A stretch of 64,000 bases of DNA from Nitrospinaceae bacterium. Lineage in GTDB: Bacteria > Nitrospinota > Nitrospinia > Nitrospinales > Nitrospinaceae. Below, piece after piece: positions 10,263 through 20,209 of the stretch (position 1 is its first letter; every line of letters starts with the position of its first letter). Both the position numbers and the translations under genes were made by a program. The notes below the pieces were generated by a model. That model searched no databases. It was not told the DNA's origin and worked only from the letters and a program-made list of their open reading frames with translations. Location: assembly GCA_965223665.1 (NCBI GenBank), contig OZ245011.1, positions 2,848,001 through 2,912,000 of the forward strand. The letters run 5' to 3'.

Positions 10263-12416
10263 TTATGCCGATCCTGACTTTTCTAATTTGACCGAAATTA
10301 CCCTTTTTTCTATCTCGCCAGGCGGCAAAATTAAATCCCAAAATCCAAAAAGACAAGTTCCCTGGTAAACAGATTCTAAACCATGTTCTGATTGCGAAAC
10401 AGTCTCTATTGGGTACCACCAAAATCGACATTGTGGATTGAAATCCATACTTAACACAAATTTAAAATACTCATCTTGTAACTTTAGAGAAGAAATTTCT
10501 TCCTTACACCCCATACTCCCCATTTTAAAACGGTTCTCTGGCTGGCTTGGGAAACGCAAAAAGCGGTCCTCAGCTTCTCCAGTTAACAAAGTAAAATTAA
10601 ACTCTATTCCAAAAAATTGGTTTAATTCACATTCACCATTATTCTCGATTTCATATTCAACCTTGATGTCAGCAGATTTTTGAAAAAATGTAAATTTTTT
10701 CTCCAAAGAAACAGGGATTATCTCTTCATTTTGCAATACCTGACCTTTTCGATACAAGGAAAAATAATAATCTTTGTTGAAAGTCCAACCCTGATCCCTT
10801 ATAACAAAGGGGGTCCCTAGAAAGTTCCCGCATTCAAAATACTTATTTGTTCTAAAGTCTTCAAACGAACAATTCTTTTCTAAAAAATGATCCATAAACG
10901 AATAGCGTTCAAATTTGTCATAAATGAGCTTGTTCTGTAAATCCTCCTCCTTTAATCGGACTTGATCATGAATGGATTTGGGCTGAACCTCTTGAGTCAA
11001 TTCGTTTTTTTCTTGTTCCCGTAATACTCGATGATAACTTTCTGGGCGTCGTTTTAAAATATTGCTTAAGTTAAAGCAAGATGGGCGAAATTCTAATTCA
11101 TATAAAACACCTCCATAAGATGGGGAAAAATAGCAATTCATCTCTCTGTTCATTACCAATATCTCATCTTTGCCGTCTTTATTGATGTCATAGGATCTTA
11201 CCTGAAGGTCTTTATCCTTTTCTTCCAATTGATTATCCGCCAGATTCTCTGCACAAATTAAATGTTGATACAAAGCATGGCGTAAATAATTGAGATAAAG
11301 ACCTCCAAACAAACCATGCCACTGAGCACAATTACATTGCCCCCGGTAAAGCTCTTTCAAAGCACCACTTGATTTTTGAAGGTCTAAAGGCAACTGATGT
11401 ATTTTCTCGCTGACATACAACATTTTTTTATGCAAATTATTGCTTTCTTCATATTTGGTGAAAAAATTATCCCAATGACCTCCCCGTAAAAAACGCCGAG
11501 AAATCTCGTTTTCCAAATCTAATGAAGGAAGTTTTTCCTTCAAAACAGCAAATTGTGAAGATGCTTCCAACGGAAGCGACCATTCCATCATTTCTTCATA
11601 TGAAGCCATTGGTAAGTAAATTCGTCCAATTGGAGAATGTTGGTCAATATAATCGCCAAATGTTGTGACTTCCAACCAACTCTGATTTTCTTCAAGAGAT
11701 AAAAACAAGTTATTCAAATAATTTTTTTCGTAAACCCACTCATATGTGTCAGGCCAACTTCCAAACTTTTCTCCATCATCTGCATAAGTGACACCCTCAA
11801 AACCGTTTTCCTTAAAATTTCGAATTCGCTCTAAAGTCTTTTCGGGAAGCTCAAATGGAATGGAATATCGTAACGATTTATTGATAGGAAATACATAAAC
11901 GGAGTATCCCTGAGTTTCGGTTATGTAATAACCCTGAATTTGATTTTCTTCCAAACCTGAATAATAAAAGTGTGTGTCATCAACAATTGTATATTTTATA
12001 TCTGCTTTTGCGATAATTTTTGGAAGAATCGGAGACCAAACTCTTTCCGCAAGCCATAAACCCTTGGGCTTTTGTCCAAATTCAGTTTCAATAAAATCAT
12101 TCATCATTTGAATCTGTCCTATCGCATCCCTTTCTGGCAAGCTGGACAAAATGGGTTCATAAAAACCTCCACTTAATATTTCCAAACGTCCAGATTCGAT
12201 AAGCTTTTTCAACAATTTCAGATAATCAGATTGATGATCTTTAATCCATTCCAATAAAGGTCCACTGAAATGTATCGCAGTTTTTATTTTGGAATAATGA
12301 CTTAGAACATTCAGGTAGGGTTTATAGCATTTCTGAAAAACCTCTTCGAAAACATGGTCGAAGTTTCCCACTGGCTGATGGTTGTGCACACCAAAAATTA
12401 ACTTTATTTTTCCCAT
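10263..12416 (-). CDS. GH57 alpha-amylase / 4-alpha-glucanotransferase
   Basis: HNHQP, GGFYEPIL, WLAERVW, DDGEKFG, SYEEMMEW and QCNCAQWHGLFGG conserved regions. Confidence 0.93.
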   Translation of the reverse strand: MGKIKLIFGVHNHQPVGNFDHVFEEVFQKCYKPYLNVLSHYSKIKTAIHFSGPLLEWIKDHQSDYLKLLKKLIESGRLEILSGGFYEPILSSLPERDAIGQIQMMNDFIETEFGQKPKGLWLAERVWSPILPKIIAKADIKYTIVDDTHFYYSGLEENQIQGYYITETQGYSVYVFPINKSLRYSIPFELPEKTLERIRNFKENGFEGVTYADDGEKFGSWPDTYEWVYEKNYLNNLFLSLEENQSWLEVTTFGDYIDQHSPIGRIYLPMASYEEMMEWSLPLEASSQFAVLKEKLPSLDLENEISRRFLRGGHWDNFFTKYEESNNLHKKMLYVSEKIHQLPLDLQKSSGALKELYRGQCNCAQWHGLFGGLYLNYLRHALYQHLICAENLADNQLEEKDKDLQVRSYDINKDGKDEILVMNREMNCYFSPSYGGVLYELEFRPSCFNLSNILKRRPESYHRVLREQEKNELTQEVQPKSIHDQVRLKEEDLQNKLIYDKFERYSFMDHFLEKNCSFEDFRTNKYFECGNFLGTPFVIRDQGWTFNKDYYFSLYRKGQVLQNEEIIPVSLEKKFTFFQKSADIKVEYEIENNGECELNQFFGIEFNFTLLTGEAEDRFLRFPSQPENRFKMGSMGCKEEISSLKLQDEYFKFVLSMDFNPQCRFWWYPIETVSQSEHGLESVYQGTCLFGFWDLILPPGEIEKRVISVKLEKSGSA

Positions 12417-12448
12417 AGTGTAGGTTATTTGGAAATTATTGCGGTGCC

Positions 12449-14194
12449 TTAATTTTCTTCAATGGCAAGAGGATCTTCAAACATCCTTAAAGTATACAGG
12501 TGATAGTATAGATTTTCATTAGCTATTAGAGTTTTGTGGTTTCCAATTTCCACAACTTGGCCACGGTCAAGGACAATAATTTTATCTGCGTTATGGACAG
12601 TGCTTAGGCGGTGGGCAATTATTAAGGTGGTACGGTCTTTCATTAAATTATCTAACGCTTCCTGGATTAGATTTTCCGATTGGTTATCTAAGGAGGAAGT
12701 AGCTTCATCAAGAATTAAAATTTTTGGATCTTTTAAAAGTGCCCGGGCAATGGCAATTCTTTGTCTTTCACCCCCTGAGAGTTTAGAACCTTTTTCCCCA
12801 ACTACTGTATCTAACCCATATTCAAGTCGGGAAATAAACTCCTTGGCATTAGCCGATTGTATGGCCTGCTCCAATTCCTGTTCGGTAGCATCCAATTTTC
12901 CATACAAAATATTTTCTCGAACAGTTCCTCCAAAAAGAAGAGTTTCTTGCGGAACTAAAGCAAGATGATCTAAAAAAGATTTAATTTCTGCCTGTTTCAA
13001 GTTATGCCCATCGAAAAATATCCCACCTGAATCAACATCGAAAAACCTTAAGAGCAATTGGATAACAGTAGATTTTCCGGCACCACTAGGCCCAACCAAA
13101 GCAACCTTTTCACCTGGCCTAATATCAAAATTGATTTCCTTAAGTACAGGTTTTCCCGTGTTATACGCAAAGGAAACATTCTTAAATTCAATATTCCCTT
13201 CAATATGGTCAAGAATTTCTGGATTAGAAACATTTTTTACCAGAGGCTGTGTGTCCATAATTTCATAGACTCTCCGGATAGCCCCCAAAGCTTCCTGCAC
13301 CTGAGTGTAGATCCTGACAAATGTTCCTATCGGACCGGCAATGATTATGGCATATAGGAAAAAAGCTGCAAGCTCGCCCGGTGTGGTAGAACCTTTCATC
13401 ACTTGGTGACCCCCATACCAAACTAATCCCGCCGATACCATAAAGGTGAGAAATAATATAAAAGGACCAAAAAAAGCAGAAATTTTTAACTTTTTTACTT
13501 CCGTTTCAAATGTTCCCTCCACCCGGGTTTCAAACCGTTTCTGTTCAAAGGGTTCACGATTGTAAGACTTAACAATTTTTATGGAAGAAATCATTTCTTC
13601 AAGGACCACTAACGCACTGGCTAATTTATCCTGAACCTGACTCGATAAATTTCTGAGACGTTTTCCAAATATTCTTGCAAACAGCATAAGTGGGGGCAAA
13701 ATAAACAAAATCAAACCCGTCAATTTCCAATTTAAATAGCAAATAATTGCCAACCCACCGACAAGTGTAATTGTCTGCCTAAATAATGCCACTGGAAGGG
13801 TTACCAACGCATTTTGTATCACTGAAATATCATTGCTCATTCGAGAAAGGATTTCTCCTACTCTTCGTTCCTGAAAAAACTTTAATGACAATTGGTGAAT
13901 ATGATTAAAAAATTCGATCCTGAAATCTGCAGTAATTCGATTCCCTACAAAGCCCAGGATATAATTGGTTACAATCGCAAATACTAATTGAAAAACAATG
14001 ACTATCAGCAAATCTATAGTCAAGCTATTTAATACCCCACTATCTTTTTGAACAACCACCACGTTTATCATGTTCCGGACAATGAGCGGCAATATAAGGG
14101 TAATTACCGAAGTAAGGGTGAGGCATAAAAAAGCAAAAATTATGCTTTTTGAGTAGGGCTTTGCGTATTTCAATATTTTTGAAAAATCTTTCAT
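12449..14194 (-). CDS. ABC transporter, fused permease/ATPase (MsbA-like exporter)
   Basis: N-terminal TM domain; GPSGAGKS; LSGGERQ; ILDEATSSLD; IAHRLST. Confidence 0.93.
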   Translation of the reverse strand: MKDFSKILKYAKPYSKSIIFAFLCLTLTSVITLILPLIVRNMINVVVVQKDSGVLNSLTIDLLIVIVFQLVFAIVTNYILGFVGNRITADFRIEFFNHIHQLSLKFFQERRVGEILSRMSNDISVIQNALVTLPVALFRQTITLVGGLAIICYLNWKLTGLILFILPPLMLFARIFGKRLRNLSSQVQDKLASALVVLEEMISSIKIVKSYNREPFEQKRFETRVEGTFETEVKKLKISAFFGPFILFLTFMVSAGLVWYGGHQVMKGSTTPGELAAFFLYAIIIAGPIGTFVRIYTQVQEALGAIRRVYEIMDTQPLVKNVSNPEILDHIEGNIEFKNVSFAYNTGKPVLKEINFDIRPGEKVALVGPSGAGKSTVIQLLLRFFDVDSGGIFFDGHNLKQAEIKSFLDHLALVPQETLLFGGTVRENILYGKLDATEQELEQAIQSANAKEFISRLEYGLDTVVGEKGSKLSGGERQRIAIARALLKDPKILILDEATSSLDNQSENLIQEALDNLMKDRTTLIIAHRLSTVHNADKIIVLDRGQVVEIGNHKTLIANENLYYHLYTLRMFEDPLAIEEN

Positions 14195-14350
14195 TTTGAC
14201 CCAGTATTTAAGGAAACAGGAATGATACCCTCTACTCCGCTCGGATTCAACTATCTCTTTATAATTAAAAAACCTTAGTCACCTACAAAACTAATCCAAT
14301 TACCTTTAATTCTATGTGAACAAAAAAATATACTTTTTTTATTTATTCCT

Positions 14351-14377
14351 TAAAGTTTTTTTAAGTGATTCCGTAAA
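14351..14377 (+). promoter_or_regulatory. Putative sigma-28 promoter upstream of flaG
   Basis: TAAAGTTT-11 nt-TCCGTAAA with a perfect -35, upstream of a flagellar late-class gene. Confidence 0.55.
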
Positions 14378-14484
14378 GAAGAATAGGAGAAAAGTTTTAA
14401 TATCCTAACTTTTGGATTAGTTACGCTAAATACAAAAGTTTGCATTTATGAAGACTTTTCAGTTTTTTTAAAAAGAGGTCAATT

Positions 14485-14892
14485 ATGGCAGTAGAAAACA
14501 TTAACTCCGCAATACAAAAGTCTGGATCCACGAGTATTGCTCGGAAATCGGAAAAGGAAGTGAAAAATACTGCTGCACCAAAAAATTCGGTTAATAACTC
14601 ACTGGCAGCAGAAATCCATGATGAAGTGACGCTGTCCTCTGAAGCACAAAAGTCTTTAAAACAAGCAAATTCAGAAAAAGCTACACCAAAAGTAGAATCT
14701 GAAGACAGCACTTCACCAGTTACTACTTTAAAAAGAGAGAGAACCTTAACTGAGGACAATGAACTCATCGTAAAGGTCATTGATCCAAATACACAAGAGG
14801 TAATCCGACAAATTCCCGGAGAAGACGTACTTCGGTTAAAAGAAGCCATCCGAAGCATTATTGAACAGGGCCAGGCAGATATTGAAATTTAG
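14485..14892 (+). CDS. flaG: FlaG-family flagellar protein
   Basis: C-terminal IVKVIDPNTQEVIRQIPGEDVLRL is the FlaG signature; RBS AGAGG. Confidence 0.8.
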   Translation: MAVENINSAIQKSGSTSIARKSEKEVKNTAAPKNSVNNSLAAEIHDEVTLSSEAQKSLKQANSEKATPKVESEDSTSPVTTLKRERTLTEDNELIVKVIDPNTQEVIRQIPGEDVLRLKEAIRSIIEQGQADIEI

Positions 14893-14928
14893 GTCTTCAA
14901 TGGCCTCCTCAAGAAAGGAGAGAACACA

Positions 14929-15174
14929 ATGGATATCTCCCTTTTAGGAAATATTAATGCAGTCAACCGCGGTCTATTAACAGACAAACATGATCCCTCG
15001 GATAAAGAGGTTCGAGAATCTTCACAATCGGCAAAAAAAGACGAATTATTGTCACGAGAATCTCAAATAAGCCCCGTTCCTCCTGTTCAGGCCACTGCAG
15101 ATATTCCTAACCAAAAATCTGATTTGTTACCTGAAGAAAAACATGCCGGCAAACAAATCAATATTAAAGTTTAA
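14929..15174 (+). CDS. Small low-complexity protein ending GKQINIKV, co-oriented with flaG
   Basis: Strong RBS AAGGAG; 81 aa. Confidence 0.7.
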   Translation: MDISLLGNINAVNRGLLTDKHDPSDKEVRESSQSAKKDELLSRESQISPVPPVQATADIPNQKSDLLPEEKHAGKQINIKV

Positions 15175-15257
15175 TTTAAAATTGATTCTTTTATTTTAGG
15201 ATTTCCAATAGGGTGGATTAATTGGAAAGTAAATTATTGAATATGAATTAAACAAGG

Positions 15258-15818
15258 TTATTTCATTACGGACATAAAACGGTCGCGGATTTCTTCTGGG
15301 GTGTGAGTGACACGGCCGGTTGATTTGTCAAAACCGGGTTCCACTTTAACTAATAAAAAGTTAGGACCTTCCTTTTCATATAAATCTAAATAAGCTGGTT
15401 TGAATTCTTCAAGTTTGGTTACACGGCGAACATTTTTGTAACCGGAACTTTTTGCCACTTGCTCCAAAGGGATGCTATTCGAGATAGACCGTTGACTTCC
15501 TGTAGACTCATAAACTTCATTATCAATCGTAATATGGAGTAAATTCTTTGGAGCACTGGAAGCAATCATCGCTAAAGTCCCCATGGACATCAAAACGTTA
15601 CCATCCCCATCTAAAATAATTGTTTTACGATCCGGCTGCGCGAGGGCCACCCCTAAGCCAATAGAAGATGCAAGGCCCATGGATCCGATCATATAAAAAC
15701 TTCCCTCTCTATCTTTGACGTTAAAAAATTCTCGGCTAATGAAACCATTAGCTAAAACCATAGGTTCGTTTTTTAATAAAGTTGCAAATTCCCGGTATAT
15801 ATCAATGCTTTTCATCAA
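15258..15818 (-). CDS. Sulfopyruvate/phosphonopyruvate decarboxylase beta subunit (ComE-like, TPP-binding)
   Basis: FYMIGSMGLASSIGLGVAL; DGDG...DN TPP motif; YESTGSQ. Confidence 0.88.
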   Translation of the reverse strand: MMKSIDIYREFATLLKNEPMVLANGFISREFFNVKDREGSFYMIGSMGLASSIGLGVALAQPDRKTIILDGDGNVLMSMGTLAMIASSAPKNLLHITIDNEVYESTGSQRSISNSIPLEQVAKSSGYKNVRRVTKLEEFKPAYLDLYEKEGPNFLLVKVEPGFDKSTGRVTHTPEEIRDRFMSVMK

Positions 15819-16302
15819 ACATGCCTTTTTTTATTAACAGTGTATAAGGAAGTTTATCTTCTGTAATCGTTTTTAATGCCTTTTGTAAAACTGCTTCAGC
15901 ATTCTCTTCTTCTAAAACGCTATAAAGCATTCCGGAGGTATCTAATAATTTTTCATTAATGTCACCCATAATGATATGTTCTGGAGCATCTTTACCACCA
16001 CAGCCACGCCAACTCATAATCACTAACATGGGGATTTTATAGATAAGATTTAAAGAAGTGAACGCATTGAGACTATATCCAAACCCTGAGTTTTGCATTA
16101 AAATTACTGGTAATTTTCCCGCCATATAAGCCCCAGTACAAAGTCCTACCGCAGCATCTTCTCTAATGGAAGGAATATAATTAACATCTGGAGCTTCTTC
16201 CAATGAAGAGATGAGCCCAGACAATAACGAACAGGGTATCCCAGTATAAAAATTAAAACCTAAATTTTGTAATTGGTCGATAAATGATTTAGATGAGATC
16301 AT
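15802..16302 (-). CDS. Sulfopyruvate/phosphonopyruvate decarboxylase alpha subunit (ComD-like)
   Basis: GIPCS, REDAAVG, MQNSG and WRG...DAPEH; overlaps the beta gene by 17 bp. Confidence 0.88.
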   Translation of the reverse strand: MISSKSFIDQLQNLGFNFYTGIPCSLLSGLISSLEEAPDVNYIPSIREDAAVGLCTGAYMAGKLPVILMQNSGFGYSLNAFTSLNLIYKIPMLVIMSWRGCGGKDAPEHIIMGDINEKLLDTSGMLYSVLEEENAEAVLQKALKTITEDKLPYTLLIKKGMFDEKH

Positions 16303-16392
16303 AAAGGATGTGTTGATTAGTTTTTTCTTGGAATTAATAACTCATTAACAATTTAAAGGACGCCAACCCAATTTGCAAGGCAGATAATTTTT

Positions 16393-17346
16393 CTACCACT
16401 TGTCAAGTAATCGCTCACCCCCATAAGTCATCTGTAATTTGTGAACTAACTTGATATATTCAAGAATTCCTTCTTTTCCAGAAAATTCTACACCTAAATC
16501 TTTGGCAGCCTGATTTGACATGGGAACCCCTTCTTCTCCCATTACCCCTTCTACTTCACCAAAAGAGTCAATAGTATCCACAATCATTTTACCTAATTCC
16601 AAATTATGAATATGACCATCAATAAGGTGGAAAATTTTTCCAAATGTATCATTATTTCCAACTACTTTATCAATTGCCTGCGAAACGGAGTCGACTGAAA
16701 CGTACTTGGTGCTACCCTTTAAATCAACATTATAATTGGTAGCAAGATAATCAATAGTTGAAAACCATTCCGATTTATCAATTTGCGGTCGCACTCCATA
16801 AATGGTCACAGGTCTTAAAATGGTTACAGAAAAAGCACGAGAACGTTGGTAGAAATGACAAAATGATTCAATTGAAGATTTTATAGATCCATATAAAGAC
16901 CCCGGCATCACAGGATGAGTTTCATCTAACGGATGGTCCTGATCTACAGTCGGCAAAACCTTTCCAAAAATTGCACATGCACTCATAAAAATAAAATGCT
17001 TTATCCGCGCTTTTCTACAAGCTTCCAATAAATCAAAAGACCCATTGATATTCGTCTTTACCAATTCATCAGCTGTTTGCACGGGACCAGGATAATGCGC
17101 TAGATGAATTACGGTGTCTACCCCTTCAACTAGCTTTTGTAAGGATTCTTTATCTTCTAAACCCCCAATAACATAGTCCACATCCTCAAAGCTTTTTAAA
17201 TGGTCAACCACACTCTCTTCACGAATTAATGCTCGAATATTAGGTCTGTTTTCTTCAGGGCCATCATACAACCTTCGAACATAATGGGAACCCACCATTC
17301 CAGTTATCCCCGTTAAAGCAATATTCATTGATTTCCTCCAAACCAT
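16393..17346 (-). CDS. NAD-dependent epimerase/dehydratase (extended SDR)
   Basis: TGITGMVG, VIHLA and YGSIK motifs; likely start at MNIALTG. Confidence 0.88.
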   Translation of the reverse strand: MVWRKSMNIALTGITGMVGSHYVRRLYDGPEENRPNIRALIREESVVDHLKSFEDVDYVIGGLEDKESLQKLVEGVDTVIHLAHYPGPVQTADELVKTNINGSFDLLEACRKARIKHFIFMSACAIFGKVLPTVDQDHPLDETHPVMPGSLYGSIKSSIESFCHFYQRSRAFSVTILRPVTIYGVRPQIDKSEWFSTIDYLATNYNVDLKGSTKYVSVDSVSQAIDKVVGNNDTFGKIFHLIDGHIHNLELGKMIVDTIDSFGEVEGVMGEEGVPMSNQAAKDLGVEFSGKEGILEYIKLVHKLQMTYGGERLLDKW

Positions 17347-17501
17347 TATCTATAGCAGAAATTATCTGCTTAATTTTGGGTCACTGTTTCAAATCAATCT
17401 TGTTCAAACTGATGATTTAAAAACCATAATTATAAAAAGATCGAACAATTATGATTGCAGGAAACGGGTAAGTCAACCGGTTTATAAGAAGGAGGGGATA
17501 A

Positions 17502-20138
17502 TTAGTTAGCCGTAGTTTTTTGAATGGCAGCTTGCGCGGCTGACAAAAGAGCAGTGGGGACCCTAAAGGGAGAACAGCTCACATAATCTACATCTAAAGA
17601 ATTAAAATATTGTATGGAATAGGGGTCTCCACCATGTTCTCCACAAACTCCTAAATGAATTTTTCCATTAGAGTTTTTTCCATTTTTAATAGCTATTTCA
17701 ATTAGAGAACCCACGCCATCCTGATCCACACTAACAAAAGGATCTGTGGTCAGTATCCCATTATCGACATAATTTGCCAGAAACATGCCTGCATCATCTC
17801 GACTCAATCCAAAGGTAGTTTGCGTCAAATCATTTGTTCCAAAAGAGAAAAAATCTGCCTCTTTGGCAATTTCACCTGCCGTCATAGCAGCCCTTGGAAG
17901 CTCAATCATAGTCCCTACCTTATAGTCCAGTTTGACCCCTGCTTTTTCAATTATTTCTTCAGCTAACTCAACAATCATTTGTCGAACTTTTTTAAACTCA
18001 TTCACATGGCTGACCAACGGAATCATAATCTCTGGAAATACCTTTAAACCCTTTTTAACTAATTTACAGCCTGCTTCAATGATCGCTCGGACCTGCATTT
18101 GGTAAATTTCTGGATAAACAATTCCCAATCTACAACCCCGCAATCCAAGCATAGGATTGGATTCTTTCAACGAATCAATTTTTTTATTGAGGGCGGAAGG
18201 TCTAAGTTTCATTTGTTTAGCAAGAACTTTTATTTCCGAAGCCACGTGGGGTAAAAATTCATGTAAGGGAGGATCCAATAGACGAATATTTACAGGAAGC
18301 CCTTCCATTACCTTAAAGATTTCAGTAAAGTCAGATCGTTGAATGGGTAATAATTTTTTTAAAGCATCATCTCGGTCTTTAGATTTATTGGCAAGAATCA
18401 TTTTTCGGACTAAAAGAATCCGATCTTCATCAAAAAACATATGTTCCGTTCGACACAAACCAATTCCCTGTGCTCCAAATTCTCTTGCCACTAAAGCATC
18501 GTGGGGAGTATCCGCATTAGCTCTAACTTTCATGGATCGCATTTGATCCGCCCAATTCATCATTTGATTAAAATAACTGGTCACTCGGGGCTTAGATAGG
18601 GGAACCTGCCCTAATACCACCCGACCTGTAGACCCATCTAAAGTAATGGGATCAAGCTCTTTAAGGACAACACCATTTAAATTACAACGTTTTTTCTTTG
18701 GCTCCACCACTAATGAACTACAACCTGAAACACAGGGTTTTCCCATAGCTCGAGCAACAACCGCCGCATGAGATGTCATTCCACCTTTGGCAGTCAATAT
18801 TCCTTGCGCCACACTCATTCCATGGATATCTTCTGGAGAAGTTTCCATTCTAACTAAAACCACTCTTTCCTTTTTTTCTGCAATTTCCATAGCGCGTTCT
18901 GGAGTAAAAACAATCTTTCCACTCGCGGCCCCAGGCGATGCACCTAAACCCTTGTCCAGAACTTTTATTTTAGCTTTTTCATCTATCATAGGATGAAAAA
19001 TTTGATCCACCTGGGATGCCTCAACTCTTAGAAGCGCCTCTTGCTTACTGATCAAGCCTTCATTTACCATATCAACGGCAATTCGAATAGCTGCTGCAGC
19101 GGTTCGTTTCCCGGTTCGCGTTTGCAACATAAACAGTTGATTTTCCTGAATGGTGAACTCAATATCCTGCATCTCCTTATAATGATTTTCCAAGACTTGA
19201 TAAACATTCACCAACTCCTCGTACATATCTGGCATATCTTGTTCTAATTTGGAAATAGGTTGGGGAGTTCGAATCCCTGCAACCACATCTTCCCCTTGAG
19301 CATTTATCATATACTCACCATAGAATTTTTTCTCACCGGTTGCCGGGTTCCGGGTAAAAGCTACTCCCGTGGCGGAGGTTTTCCCCATATTTCCAAAAAC
19401 CATGGACTGTACGTTCACCGCAGTACCCCAATCATGAGGAATATTGTTAAGTTTTCTATAGGTAATGGCTCGAGGTGTGTTCCAGGATTTAAAAACGGCT
19501 TCAACAGCCATTCTTAATTGATCTAAAGGGTCTTCAGGAAATTGCTTTCCAGTTTTTCGTTTAACTAACTTTTTAAAATCTTTAATGACAGACTTCAAGT
19601 CACTTTCGGTCAAATCCGTATCAAATTCAATCTTCCGCTTTACTTTTTTCTTTGTGAGAATTTTTTCAAAATGTTCTCCTTCAATTTCCAACACAACATT
19701 TCCAAACATTGCAATAAACCGTCGGTAACAATCTAAGGCAAACCATTTATTCTCTGTTTTATTGGCTAATGCAGTTAAAGTATCTTCATTTAACCCCAAA
19801 TTAAGGACGGTATCCATCATTCCAGGCATAGAAGCCCGAGCCCCAGAACGAACAGAAACTAAAAGAGGATTTTCTTTGTCTCCAAATTCCATTCCCATCG
19901 ACTTTTGTAAACTACGAAGATTTTTCATAACCTCCTCCCAAATGGAGGCGGAAATGGTATTTTCTTTTTTAAAGTATGATAAGCAGGCTTCGGTTGTAAT
20001 TGTAAAGCCAGGTGGAACATTAATTCCCAAGGAGGCCATCTCCGCTAGATTGGCTCCTTTACCACCCAACAATTCGCGCATATCTGCGCGACCCTCTGTC
20101 TGATTTGCGCCAAAAAAGTAAACGTATTTTATCGCCAT
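17502..20138 (-). CDS. ppdK: Pyruvate, phosphate dikinase
   Basis: LGGKGANLAEM, SMPGMMDT, GGMTSHAAVVAR, GLCRTEHM, SFGTNDLTQ, CGEHGG. Confidence 0.98.
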   Translation of the reverse strand: MAIKYVYFFGANQTEGRADMRELLGGKGANLAEMASLGINVPPGFTITTEACLSYFKKENTISASIWEEVMKNLRSLQKSMGMEFGDKENPLLVSVRSGARASMPGMMDTVLNLGLNEDTLTALANKTENKWFALDCYRRFIAMFGNVVLEIEGEHFEKILTKKKVKRKIEFDTDLTESDLKSVIKDFKKLVKRKTGKQFPEDPLDQLRMAVEAVFKSWNTPRAITYRKLNNIPHDWGTAVNVQSMVFGNMGKTSATGVAFTRNPATGEKKFYGEYMINAQGEDVVAGIRTPQPISKLEQDMPDMYEELVNVYQVLENHYKEMQDIEFTIQENQLFMLQTRTGKRTAAAAIRIAVDMVNEGLISKQEALLRVEASQVDQIFHPMIDEKAKIKVLDKGLGASPGAASGKIVFTPERAMEIAEKKERVVLVRMETSPEDIHGMSVAQGILTAKGGMTSHAAVVARAMGKPCVSGCSSLVVEPKKKRCNLNGVVLKELDPITLDGSTGRVVLGQVPLSKPRVTSYFNQMMNWADQMRSMKVRANADTPHDALVAREFGAQGIGLCRTEHMFFDEDRILLVRKMILANKSKDRDDALKKLLPIQRSDFTEIFKVMEGLPVNIRLLDPPLHEFLPHVASEIKVLAKQMKLRPSALNKKIDSLKESNPMLGLRGCRLGIVYPEIYQMQVRAIIEAGCKLVKKGLKVFPEIMIPLVSHVNEFKKVRQMIVELAEEIIEKAGVKLDYKVGTMIELPRAAMTAGEIAKEADFFSFGTNDLTQTTFGLSRDDAGMFLANYVDNGILTTDPFVSVDQDGVGSLIEIAIKNGKNSNGKIHLGVCGEHGGDPYSIQYFNSLDVDYVSCSPFRVPTALLSAAQAAIQKTTAN

Positions 20139-20209
20139 AAGAATGTTAAACCATATTAATTAGAAAAAATTGCCGGCAAAATTTAGATTGTTGAAAATAA
20201 GTTTGGGTT

